Of a stretch of 64,000 bases of DNA, positions 11,692-21,997 are shown one piece after another (within the stretch, counting starts at the first letter, position 1; the number at the start of each line of letters is the position of its first letter). Where the stretch lies: the NCBI GenBank assembly GCA_000004985.1, contig GG738857.1. The stretch is one strand, 5' to 3'. A program made the translations under genes and the position numbers. Source of the stretch: Naegleria gruberi. Taxonomy: Eukaryota. The notes under the pieces were generated by a model, which was not told the DNA's origin, searched no databases, and was given only the letters and a program-made list of their open reading frames with translations.

Positions 11692-14379
11692 TTGTTTTTT
11701 CTCAAAGGCTTTGAAATGATCAAATTGAATTACGATCAAGAACTGGATATGTTTATCTGTGGAGGAAGTGGTATTGAGTTTACCTCTCAAATATCTGCTA
11801 ACCAACCTCTAATTAAAACCTCTCTAGTTGAATTGTACTTTCCATCCAAACAATCATCGAGTGGCAAAACAAATACCACTCAAACAACCGATTCCTCGAA
11901 CAAGGATCAATCAACCAACTCTGACGACAAGAAAATCACTCCTCCTATTCAGTATGGTGCCATTCCGAAGTTCTTACAAAAAACCAATCAGAACAACATC
12001 GTCTTTGTCTCAACTCCTTACAGTGAAGGTGTTATATTTCATAACTACAAGGAGATATTTCTGTGTGGCCATGTTTTAAAGGACTCCGTGCAGACTCTTC
12101 ATAAGGTTCCAGTGTTTTCAGAGACTGATAATTCAATTGTGCAAATTGTGACATGTAGACACTCAATGTTTGTCCTGTTATCTAATGGGAAGATGTACAG
12201 TTTGAGAGGAAACGAGATGGTAGTTTATTTAGATCAGGAAAAGAGAGCTCTCGATCCAAAGTGTCTCCTACAAGAAATTCCATTCGATAAACCAATTAAA
12301 TATGTTTCGAATGGTGGTGGGAAACACTTCTTTGCTCAAACAACAGACAATGAGCTCTATGCTATTGGTGACGATACATTTGGACAATTATGCCTTTCTA
12401 AATCCTCCATAAGATCACACAATGGATTTTCCAATAATACCAAAAATGTAGATGAAAGAAAGGAACTTGATGATTATGAATCCACAACTTTCTATCCAAA
12501 ATTTGTAAAAGTCCCAATTGATAAGACAATCTCAATGCAAGATAACGAAATTGAGAAGATTGAATGTGGGTTAAATCATACATTCATTCTAATAAGAAAT
12601 GTACAGACTGGTGCTAAATCTCTCTATTCCTCAGGGTGCTCATACTATGGCCAAACAGCAATTGGTTCAACAAGAAATAGAAACAGACTCTCTCAGGTAG
12701 AATTGAATTGCTCCAATGAAATTATAGATATCAAATGTAATAACAATGGCTCATATGTCATTACACCAAGAGCACTCTTCTATGCCGGTATCAATGATCA
12801 AAATATTCTTTCTGTAAATAAGGCATACAGTTCAGTGTTGACAGAAGTTCCTCTTACTACTCAAATAGCATCAAATGACGAATTCAGTATTATGGAATGT
12901 GGCTACAACCACTGCCTTGCTGTCACTAAGAGGAATAGAATATTTGGCTTTGGAAGATCCTCGTCCAATCAGTTCGGCATTGGTTTAAACAACTATATTT
13001 GCCAAGAGATTGAAACAAAGGAATTGTTTGACAAGAAGATTGTTGCCATTTGTTGTGGTCATTCTCATAGTATTATATTTTCTCAACCTTTGGTAGCTCC
13101 TGTTGAAGATGAAGTGCAGCTCCACGAAGACTTAATCAAGCTAAGATCGAGTAGTAATGTCTGGGATTTACAAATATTTACTGCATCCAAAGACTTTTCA
13201 GTGAAAATTCCTTTGTATATTCTTTCTAAAAGAAGACCAGAACTGCTGAGTTACAACAAGTCAAAGGCACCAAAATCCAAAGATAGTTTATTATATTTGA
13301 TAGATTGGATTTATTTCAATACATTCATTGAACCATCCCTACAGATTGACAGCTTGATTGATGTTCTTGAGTGGATGACTGTAAATAATGTGCAAGATGA
13401 AAGTCTTACTAACCTTGTTCTCAATGAATCAATAATAAGAACTAACGAAGAAAATGTGTATGACACCATCCAATACATATTGAATAGAAAGTATCCTAAG
13501 GAGGAGTCACCATTATCAGCTTTTTGGCACCATGCTCTAAGCTTTTGTAAACAATATATTGTAGAGAATAGCTTCTGTAAAATTAAGAACTCAAGCTTTC
13601 TCAAACAAAGCATTTTAGTTGAAATAGCAAAGCTAGAAGATCCAAATCTATTGGAATGTAGATCACTCAGTGAAGTTCAAGAATCTCTTCCTCAAACTAT
13701 TCCAGAAATTGTTTCAGAAATTTTCGACTCACCACAGCTCTCTGATTTACAAATCGTGCTAGACAAATCTAGAGGATTTGTTGTCTATTGTCACAAATCA
13801 ATTCTTGAAACACGAAGCAATTATTTTAATATGAAAAAGTACGGATTTCAAGCAGCTACAATCAATGAAATTGACGTAAGCTGTCTCTTCACTATATTTA
13901 AGAAAAATGAAGATATTACATTCGAGGATTTCATTAATTTGAAATCATTATTGAAATATCTTTATACTGGAAGAATTGAAATCACAACAAAAAATGCACT
14001 CACACTCATGTTACTTTGGGAAGCTATGGGAATGTCTGAAAAAAGTCCTCTATTTGAAACATGTAAAGACTTTGTTTGTAGAGGGCTCTGTATCGAGAAC
14101 ATTATGAATGTCATTACAAAGGTTGTCAACAGAGAAAAGAAATCTACACCAACTGAGAGTCCTTCAATGATTGGCTTTGGAATTTTCAGAAATCTAATTC
14201 AAGAAGAGGAATCACACTTGCAACCTTATAATTACTCCATCATTGAAACGGAATGCCTAAACTTTTGTGCCAACAAATGGAAGGAAATTCTCTTGATTTA
14301 CAAGCACGACATTTTAAATTTCCTATCAAAGGAACAACTCTTGAAGATTACATGTATCCAAAACAGAGTTTCCTTGTAG
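11692..14379 (+). CDS. RCC1-repeat and BTB/POZ domain protein (RCBTB-like)
   Basis: RCC1 blades (CGLNHTFIL, CGYNHCLAVT, CCGHSHSIIF) followed by a BTB-like segment (LQIVLDKSRGFVVYCHKSILETRSNYF); single 895-aa ORF. Confidence 0.8.
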   Translation: MFFLKGFEMIKLNYDQELDMFICGGSGIEFTSQISANQPLIKTSLVELYFPSKQSSSGKTNTTQTTDSSNKDQSTNSDDKKITPPIQYGAIPKFLQKTNQNNIVFVSTPYSEGVIFHNYKEIFLCGHVLKDSVQTLHKVPVFSETDNSIVQIVTCRHSMFVLLSNGKMYSLRGNEMVVYLDQEKRALDPKCLLQEIPFDKPIKYVSNGGGKHFFAQTTDNELYAIGDDTFGQLCLSKSSIRSHNGFSNNTKNVDERKELDDYESTTFYPKFVKVPIDKTISMQDNEIEKIECGLNHTFILIRNVQTGAKSLYSSGCSYYGQTAIGSTRNRNRLSQVELNCSNEIIDIKCNNNGSYVITPRALFYAGINDQNILSVNKAYSSVLTEVPLTTQIASNDEFSIMECGYNHCLAVTKRNRIFGFGRSSSNQFGIGLNNYICQEIETKELFDKKIVAICCGHSHSIIFSQPLVAPVEDEVQLHEDLIKLRSSSNVWDLQIFTASKDFSVKIPLYILSKRRPELLSYNKSKAPKSKDSLLYLIDWIYFNTFIEPSLQIDSLIDVLEWMTVNNVQDESLTNLVLNESIIRTNEENVYDTIQYILNRKYPKEESPLSAFWHHALSFCKQYIVENSFCKIKNSSFLKQSILVEIAKLEDPNLLECRSLSEVQESLPQTIPEIVSEIFDSPQLSDLQIVLDKSRGFVVYCHKSILETRSNYFNMKKYGFQAATINEIDVSCLFTIFKKNEDITFEDFINLKSLLKYLYTGRIEITTKNALTLMLLWEAMGMSEKSPLFETCKDFVCRGLCIENIMNVITKVVNREKKSTPTESPSMIGFGIFRNLIQEEESHLQPYNYSIIETECLNFCANKWKEILLIYKHDILNFLSKEQLLKITCIQNRVSL

Positions 14380-14530
14380 GAAGATTTACATACTTCTCAC
14401 CAAACAAATTATCATCATTCCAAAAACATTCCTCAACAACATTCCTGCAAACAAGCTCTTCCCTTACTTTGCGAGTCCAATTAAAACAAAATAAAAATAA
14501 AAAATAAAATTTTGTAATTCTCTCTAAAAA

Positions 14531-15600
14531 ATGAAGAAACTTCTTAGCTTTACCTCACAAAAGGTTGCTCCATCTTGTTTAGGAACCTTTTCTCACCAAC
14601 CTCTTCTCTCCTTCTCTCTCGCAACTACTACAACACAATCAAATCTTCTCACCGAATGTACCAACAACAATCAAAAGAGATTCGGTTCTAAACACATTTA
14701 TATTAGAGGTAAACTTCACTATCAAAAGAAGTTAGAACAAGAGAAAAAAGTTTCCAAACTCTCTGATAAGTCCAAGGCTGCTTATCGTTCAAATGCTGAA
14801 CGTAGTCAAAGCTTTGCCTGGACTCCTTCAACACCAACTCAAGAATTATATCAAAAGAATATGTTAGAATTCAAGAATTCTCGTAAGAGACCTTCTGCTC
14901 AACAATTCCTTGATATGCTCGCCACCGTTCAAAGTGCCGACGACTTTAATTATGCTATGCGTTATTGGAGAACTTTGTGTTTGAGAAGGATAAAATTCAC
15001 TGCTCAAAGCACTGAAGCCATCCTTGAAGCTATGGAAAAGTATGATGAAAATCACCCACAAACATCTATTGAACGTAAGTATTTTGTATGGGAAATTTTC
15101 TAAATATCATCTATGGATTTATTACCATGATATACGGAATAGTTATCAAAAACTCTGGTTCATCCAAGCTTGCTCAACCACTCACAAAGAAATTATTTTT
15201 CGGATTTATAACTAAACTTGTTAATGAACACAATGATACTGAAACTGCTATTGCATTGTTCAATGAATTCAAGGCAGGTCATTTGAACTTGGTTCCTACT
15301 ACTGAAGATTATGAATCCATTTATACTTTGTTGAAGGAAAAGGAAGTTTCTAAAGAAAAGGTTGTTGAATTGTTTGATAAACAACCAAAATCAGTCAGTA
15401 TTTCATGCCCAGCACCAATTTTGACCACAGTTTTTGATGCTTTCCAAGAAGTTGAAAGTAGTTTGGATGCTGCTGTCAAGAAACGAGTTCTCAATTATTT
15501 ACAAGTTCAATCACTGGGTAAGGAAGATACAATCTTTGAAGCTACCAAGCAAAAGTTATCTGAAATGACTTCCGTTCCTGCTGAAGCAAAGGAAGAGTAA
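14531..15600 (+). CDS. hypothetical protein, 2 exons, possible mitochondrial presequence
   Basis: Exon 1 14531..15074 with GTAAGT donor, 68-nt intron, exon 2 15143..15600; phase is consistent. The N-terminus is Ser/Leu/basic-rich. Confidence 0.55.
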
Positions 15601-15807
15601 ATATACTAGTTTTTTAACATCACAATTCACACGACACACAAACAAGGACATAAAACTAAAAATTAAATTAATTGATGTGAAATTATATTTGTAAAAATTG
15701 ATGATACACAAATCATTATGGTGTATATCATTTAGATTAATTCTAATCATCAAATATCCACACAACAATAAATCATTGAAAAGAAGTAAAATTAACGAAT
15801 TAAAAAA

Positions 15808-17457
15808 ATGCAAAACGAAGATGATGATTTATTGTTAGGTGCCGTTGAAGAGGAAGAAATGGCACAACAAAGTCTATTCGGTGAATTTGATTCAGGCTCT
15901 AATCATGTAGTCGGATCAGTGGCAGGTTCATCCTCTAATCATAATACAACACCCATCATGATGAATAACGGTCATCCTCAATCTATGCTTCAACCTAATT
16001 TCCTCTTGAGTCCACTTCTTTCCATGTCTTTGAATCCAATGCATACAATGAATCCTCTCTATGGCGTTTCAATTCCACCAATTGCTCATCCTCTAGGTTC
16101 TAACGGATCACTTTCTCTTCTCGGAATGTTGAATCCACTTGGAGCACCACCTCCACCACTTCATACACCACAACAACCATCAGTTAGTTATGGTCATAAA
16201 GTAATGCCAAAAGAAGAAGCCATTGAAGAGGAACAAGATTCATATGAAGTTTATGATGATGATAAACAAGAACCAACAGAATTTCCAACTTTGGCACAAG
16301 AGGATGTAACTAATGAACAACGATTGGATGAAATATTGACTGGACTTTCAATTACTGAGGAACAAGAAAGGATTAAATATTATGTGCAACATGGAGTTAA
16401 ATATCCATTTGTAGCACAATGGAGAAATCCTTTAATTCACTCTATTAGAGAAAATGTGATTGTGAAACATGTTGTGGATTTTAATCCATATTTTGGAATT
16501 GTAGTAATTGTAGAACCTTTATATTTAAGTCATGATAAGAAAAAGAAAAAGTCAACCGTGGATGATTTGAGAAGAACTGGGTTTTATGTTCATGCTGTTG
16601 ATTTATATGGTATGAAAAAGAAGAGTGTTATTGGTAGATTACTTGATGATCATAGAAAATATATTAAGAGATGTGTTCTTGTCAATCAAACCAAAGAATG
16701 TTTCGAATCCAACGACGTACTTATACTAAAAACTAAATGTGAAACTAAGATACCAAAAATTAATGAAATAACAAGTCTAATCAATAGTGCAGTCAAGTTA
16801 AAGAGTTCAGATGATTCTGACTTGGTTACAATTGTGAATAGATACGAGTCTCACGGAGGAAATCCACCCCAAAAATTAAATAAGAAGATTGATGTTGTAA
16901 AGGCCCTAGAAGTTGAGGATATTAATGAAAGAATTACTGCTTTGTGTCCACCTGGTACTGGGTGTATCAATGATTTATCAACCCTTGTAAGATATGCCAC
17001 AACTTGTTGTAAATTCCCATTCGATGCAAAAGTTACTTCATTGTATTCATTCCTAAATGATCAACAAGTTGAATTTACTGTATCGGTGAACAGTGTAAAC
17101 TATAGATGTAAACAAGGTATCATATTCAAAGCAACAATAACATCTGGAACTCTGAGTCCAATAGATGGCAGATTTAAAGTTCACATTGATAATGATGACG
17201 ATGCTGGTTCAGATGACGATGATGAACCATATAGAAAGAAGAGAAAAATGTCAGGATCTACACCATTCGATACATACACTGGTACAACAATCAAGGTTGA
17301 TAGTTCTAGACTGAGAGTAGACGATAGTACCAAGTCTGTAAATCTTACAGTATTGATGGATTATCAAACATGGTTTATTCATTCTACATTGCTTGATGAA
17401 AAGAAGATTGATGAACAATGGACAAACCTGAGATTCTATCTTCAATTTGTTGATTAA
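15808..17457 (+). CDS. hypothetical acidic protein with basic NLS-like patch (PYRKKRK)
   Basis: 549-aa ORF, AAAAAAATG start. Confidence 0.5.
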   Translation: MQNEDDDLLLGAVEEEEMAQQSLFGEFDSGSNHVVGSVAGSSSNHNTTPIMMNNGHPQSMLQPNFLLSPLLSMSLNPMHTMNPLYGVSIPPIAHPLGSNGSLSLLGMLNPLGAPPPPLHTPQQPSVSYGHKVMPKEEAIEEEQDSYEVYDDDKQEPTEFPTLAQEDVTNEQRLDEILTGLSITEEQERIKYYVQHGVKYPFVAQWRNPLIHSIRENVIVKHVVDFNPYFGIVVIVEPLYLSHDKKKKKSTVDDLRRTGFYVHAVDLYGMKKKSVIGRLLDDHRKYIKRCVLVNQTKECFESNDVLILKTKCETKIPKINEITSLINSAVKLKSSDDSDLVTIVNRYESHGGNPPQKLNKKIDVVKALEVEDINERITALCPPGTGCINDLSTLVRYATTCCKFPFDAKVTSLYSFLNDQQVEFTVSVNSVNYRCKQGIIFKATITSGTLSPIDGRFKVHIDNDDDAGSDDDDEPYRKKRKMSGSTPFDTYTGTTIKVDSSRLRVDDSTKSVNLTVLMDYQTWFIHSTLLDEKKIDEQWTNLRFYLQFVD

Positions 17458-17469
17458 TTTATTAAAACT

Positions 17470-19769
17470 CTATTTGAAACTCAATGATTCAATTTCTAAT
17501 AATGCAAAATTGTTTTCACCTCCAATACATGATACCAAGTAAGGTGAAATAGCAGATTGTGAAGCTAAAGGAGAGAGGATTTGTTGAATGTTTTGGATGA
17601 CTTGGCTGCTTGGAGAGAAGACTCTAACAATATCAATCTTTTTCTTTGGAATGAGGTTTGCAAGTTGACCAAGGTCAAAATTCTCCTTATTCTCTGAAGT
17701 AAGTAAAATAGTTGTGATAGAAGCAAGTGGAGAAGCGATAACAGTCTGGCAAGTGGCCTTAACATTTTCAGACAAGACATGTTGTTCTGCAGCTGAGAGT
17801 GTAATTTGTTCCTTAAAGTCATCGTCATCATAACCATAAATTTCTTCATAGTCAATTGGTAAATTCTTCATGTAACCAAATACGTGTATCTCGACAAGAG
17901 CTCCTCTTGGAAGGTCAGGAACAAAAACTGTTTGCATGAGGCACTTGTTATTGGATAAAAGTTTGCTAGCATGAGTTTTGAATGAATTTTGAACAATTTC
18001 TTGTGCTTTTTGCAAATCAGGCAATTTTCCAAAATTCAAGTAAGTGAGACATCTGAAACAATCTTCAATACGACTCTCTCTCATTCCATCTAAAACTTGA
18101 TTAATATTTTTGAGAGATTGACCAGTTTGTAAATCCAAAGCTTCTTCAATATTTGAAGAAATAATCAGTTCCATACTTTCTGGAATGAAGGCAATTTGTC
18201 CAGCAAGTCTCAACAATTTTTCTTGGGAAGTAGCTTGAGCATACGGACCAATACATGAAGGAGCCCACTCTGAAACACTTTGAACAAACAATGAAGAATT
18301 TGAATAAACACTCGAAGGATTAATCTTCTTTCTATCGAGCAAACATTCAATGGCAATTTGTTGATTTGGATTAACAAAGTTATTGGCAATACAGACTCTA
18401 CTTGGTCTATTGAGTCCATTCGAGAAGAAGTGACAATATGCTTGATTGACACTACCAAAACAATTCATTCCTGAAATTTGTAAAACACAATGAACCATTT
18501 GTTGAGCCATGTCTGGAGCTAATTCACTCAATTTTTGGAAAATGGCAAACAATTCAAGAGCTGGATCATACTTTTGATCAACATTGCAACGACCAACTAC
18601 ATAACAGAGTTTGTCAGTGGTTTCCTCAATCTTAATTTCAACAAGACTCTTCAAATGATCCAAATTAGAATTACTTTGCAATGAATTCACAGCGTTGGTG
18701 TCTTGCATAAAGATGGCAATATTGGTTGATTTTTGACAAGTTGGAGGTTGATAATCGAGCTTATTTTCAACATGGAATTCAGAAATTAAAAGATGACCAA
18801 CTCCGCCCATATCATCTTCAGAAATCATTACAATTTCACTCTTATCTCTGTATTTTGTCAATTCTATTCATAATAAATAATTAGTACTACTCACATGACA
18901 ATTCTCTTCTTGAAAAGTGGACAATCCAAGGTTAAACTCTCATATTCTCCTCCCTCTCCACAAACATTCAATCCAGCACTATCTTTGAGTTTCATAAATG
19001 TTGGTTGTAATTCTGCAAGAGTTTTACCCAAATGTTTTTTAGGGAATAAACCCATAGAGGCAGTCTTGATCAATACACAGTTCATCCCAGCTTTAATCAT
19101 TTCATCCAACAATTCCTCTTGAGGTTTTCTCCACAAATAGCTCAAAGAAACCAATCCTAAACGAGAACAACTGTAAATTCCACAAAATAACATTCGAATC
19201 AATTTCAAATTATTCACAATTCAACACTTACACATTCTCCACTCTAAATCTTTGATAATCTGAAAATATAGCTCCACAAGAAACTGCTCCAACTTCAGGC
19301 ATTTCATCCTTAACTCTCTTCAATAAATTATACAAATTCTCCACCTCATCTTCAATTGACTTTTTATGATCATCATATTCCAATGTAGTTTGTAATGAAG
19401 ATCCACTCAATTCTCCAATAAATAAAGGTAATTCCATACATTCAGCAATTGCAGAAATTACATTATGACCAACAGTTTGAAACATCCAACTATCAAGTTC
19501 CTCTATTTTCAAAAATTCATTTTTTTCATCACAAATTTTTCATCACGAATTTTTAATTATTTTTCCAAAAGGAATTAAATGTAGTTTGATGATCATAATA
19601 TGTATCGGAAATAGTAAATACTATTTAAATAGTATTTAAAAAACGTACGAACTTGAATGTTAGGAGGTCTCAAGTTTGCAAGACAAACAATTTCATGTCC
19701 GTGTTGGACACATTTGACCATATTGTAGCATGAATCTTTACCACCACTGACCAAGGCGACTACTTTCAT
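17470..19769 (-). CDS. dph6: diphthine-ammonia ligase (diphthamide synthetase, ATP-binding domain 4 type) with C-terminal YjgF-like region, 4 exons
   Basis: N-terminal PP-loop MKVVALVSGGKDSCYNM. Later segments (GAIFSDYQRFRVENV, KHLGKTLAELQ, VCGEGGEYESLTLDCPLFKK, SEIVMISEDD) are collinear with human ATPBD4/yeast Dph6. Exons approx 19769..19649, 19502..19232, 19170..18895, 18847..17470 with GTACGT/GTAAGT/GTGAGT donors and consistent phases. Confidence 0.85.
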
Positions 19770-19868
19770 TTTTTTTGATTTTTTTATTAAATATTACAGA
19801 GATTACAATGAATTAAATTGTAAAATGTGAAATTAGTAACCAAATAATGTAATCTTAGGGAAAATAAT

Positions 19869-20338
19869 TTACAATCCAGCCATAGCCATAGCCAACCAAC
19901 CAGCAATGAAGGCAACTCCACCAATTGGAGTAATAGCTCCAAGTTTCTTTGAAATATTCAATAATCATCATCATTTCGAATATATTAAATCCATAATAAT
20001 AAATTCAATCAATTCTAATTCCACTAAATACAAATCAGACTTACAGTTTTATCAGTCAAAACCAAAGCATACAAACTTCCACTAAATAAAATAATTCCAG
20101 TTGATAACAATGATCCAACCACGTGATGATTTCTACCGATTTGACTGATGGCCATCAATCCGAGACCATGAAGAAAATGATATTGTGCTCCAGTTTTCCA
20201 TTGTTCAATTCTACGTGGTTCGAAATTCTTCAATCCATGAGCTCCGAATGCACCAGTAGCAACAGCAATGGCACAATTAATTGCACCCAATGAGAAGTAA
20301 AACTTTCTCGGATTGGAAAGGAGAGTTTGAAAAACCAT
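19869..20338 (-). CDS. TMEM256/DUF423 family small membrane protein, 2 exons
   Basis: GAFGAHGL motif; exon 1 20338..20046, 110-nt intron (GTAAGT...CAAAG), exon 2 19935..19869 encoding KLGAITPIGGVAFIAGWLAMA. Confidence 0.75.
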
Positions 20339-20549
20339 TTTTTTTGATTAATTATTGCTCACAGTAATGATAAATTGTCCTATTTAATATGTCCTTTGTG
20401 TTTTAATGTGGAAAATTCATGAAGTGATGATGAATATTACAATATTACAATTAAATATTATTAACATATAAATAATATTTGAATAGTATTTGTGAAAAGT
20501 GTTAAATTGATGATTTTTGGTGGTTTTTATTTACAAACAGGGAAGGGAA

Positions 20550-21086
20550 TTAAACACTCATGGAAATAGAGAGAGCAACACCTAATGCTAAACTCAAGAA
20601 GAATTGTACAAAGAAGAGAATACCCGATGTTCTGGCGTAGGCTTGAGCTCTTGGATTGCTTGATCTTCTAAATTTAAAGTAACAAATTAACCACACGAGA
20701 CCAATAAATAAACCAATAATTAATAAAAGTTTGGCATCATTTTCTTCCTTGACATCATAATTCGTTAACAAGGCAGTGCTTGTATTAGTCACTGTTTGAT
20801 AGGAAGTTGGTTGTTGATAAGTCACAGGTTGAGTATAAATAACAGGTTGAGCATTATAGAATGGTTGATTGGCTGTATAGGTTCCTTCTTGTTGAGCAAT
20901 TGGTGAATAATATGGTACTGGTTGATAGGTTTGTGGTTGTGAAGTTGTTGCAGTTGTGGTGGTATTTGTTGTTGTTGGGACATTAGGATTAATAGCACCA
21001 TATTGAACAGCTCCGGTATCATAGGAAGGTTGTTGTTGTTGAATACCCTTTGATTGATCGTTGTAATTTTGTTGTTGTTGAGACAT
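20550..21086 (-). CDS. Q/T/Y-rich low-complexity protein with C-terminal 2-TM anchor
   Basis: 178-aa ORF, AAAAATG start. Confidence 0.5.
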   Translation of the reverse strand: MSQQQQNYNDQSKGIQQQQPSYDTGAVQYGAINPNVPTTTNTTTTATTSQPQTYQPVPYYSPIAQQEGTYTANQPFYNAQPVIYTQPVTYQQPTSYQTVTNTSTALLTNYDVKEENDAKLLLIIGLFIGLVWLICYFKFRRSSNPRAQAYARTSGILFFVQFFLSLALGVALSISMSV

Positions 21087-21342
21087 TTTTATGAATTTGT
21101 TTTTTCAAAATTTGATTTGAAGTGGAAGGTTTAAAAGTCTAATTGTGAGTGGAATTTGAAATCTAATTCAATTCCAAGTTGAAGGAGTTTTAGCTTGGAA
21201 TTCATCGCAAGAATTTGATCACCCCGATTAATAGATTTTTATTAGTGTTACTGTTAGGTTCTAATCATGGCTTAATGGGAAGGAAAATCAATAATTTATT
21301 CTGTTTGTGATAATCATCTTAATATAACGTCCTTAATATTGT

Positions 21343-21356
21343 TTTTTGGCGCCAAT
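21343..21356. promoter_or_regulatory. E2F-type site TTTGGCGCCAAT (DHFR-like inverted half-sites)
   Basis: Motif match in a divergent intergenic region. Confidence 0.3.
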
Positions 21357-21415
21357 ATTGAACGTTTCACAGTTATGTTTAAAAAATTAAGGAAAAATAT
21401 GATGAAAAAAATTGA

Positions 21416-21697
21416 ATGAATTGCACCAATAGACGAATTATTGGAAAGGAATCTTCCAATAATTTAATCAATAACAATAATGGAATGATTCCTGATAAAT
21501 CATCCCCAAGTAATTCTTCATCAAGTCTCTCAGGAAATGAGGAAGTATTTAATGATGAAGATATCAATTCTTTAATTGATATCACAGCTAATTCCTCAAT
21601 AGAAAAAGATCCATCCCAACACGAGGAGGAAGAAATTCAATCCGATTCATCACATCATCAATACAATGAAGACGATTTCAAAATTGTGAAGCATTAA
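21416..21697 (+). CDS. small S/N-rich acidic ORF; could instead be a 5' exon of the downstream homeobox gene
   Basis: 93-aa ORF only. Confidence 0.25.
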   Translation: MNCTNRRIIGKESSNNLINNNNGMIPDKSSPSNSSSSLSGNEEVFNDEDINSLIDITANSSIEKDPSQHEEEEIQSDSSHHQYNEDDFKIVKH

Positions 21698-21946
21698 GAA
21701 TAATGATTCATTTCATTCTAGGAATAGACACACATCTAAATTGTACCTCTGATACTATTTTTATATAGTATTATTTTGAATACGACAACATCAAATCACC
21801 AAAATATTCTGCTACACAATGTGCGTGTTGAAGCTGAAAAACAATTCTACAATTTTACCTTTTTTGCGAATCCATCATCCCGCCATTGATGTACACTTTT
21901 TTGGCGCGTGAATGATACAGAATACACCAAGCAGGTAATTAAGGAG

Positions 21947-21996
21947 NNNNNNNNNNNNNNNNNNNNNNNNNNNNNNNNNNNNNNNNNNNNNNNNNN
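21947..21996. other. assembly gap (50 N)
   Basis: N run; frame across it is meaningless. Confidence 1.
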
Positions 21997-21997
21997 T

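Noticed and set aside
17565-17855. 96-aa ORF on the minus strand nested inside the DPH6 last exon in another frame
   Set aside because: It is an alternative-frame artefact of a Ser/Leu-rich region; the DPH6 frame has the homology.
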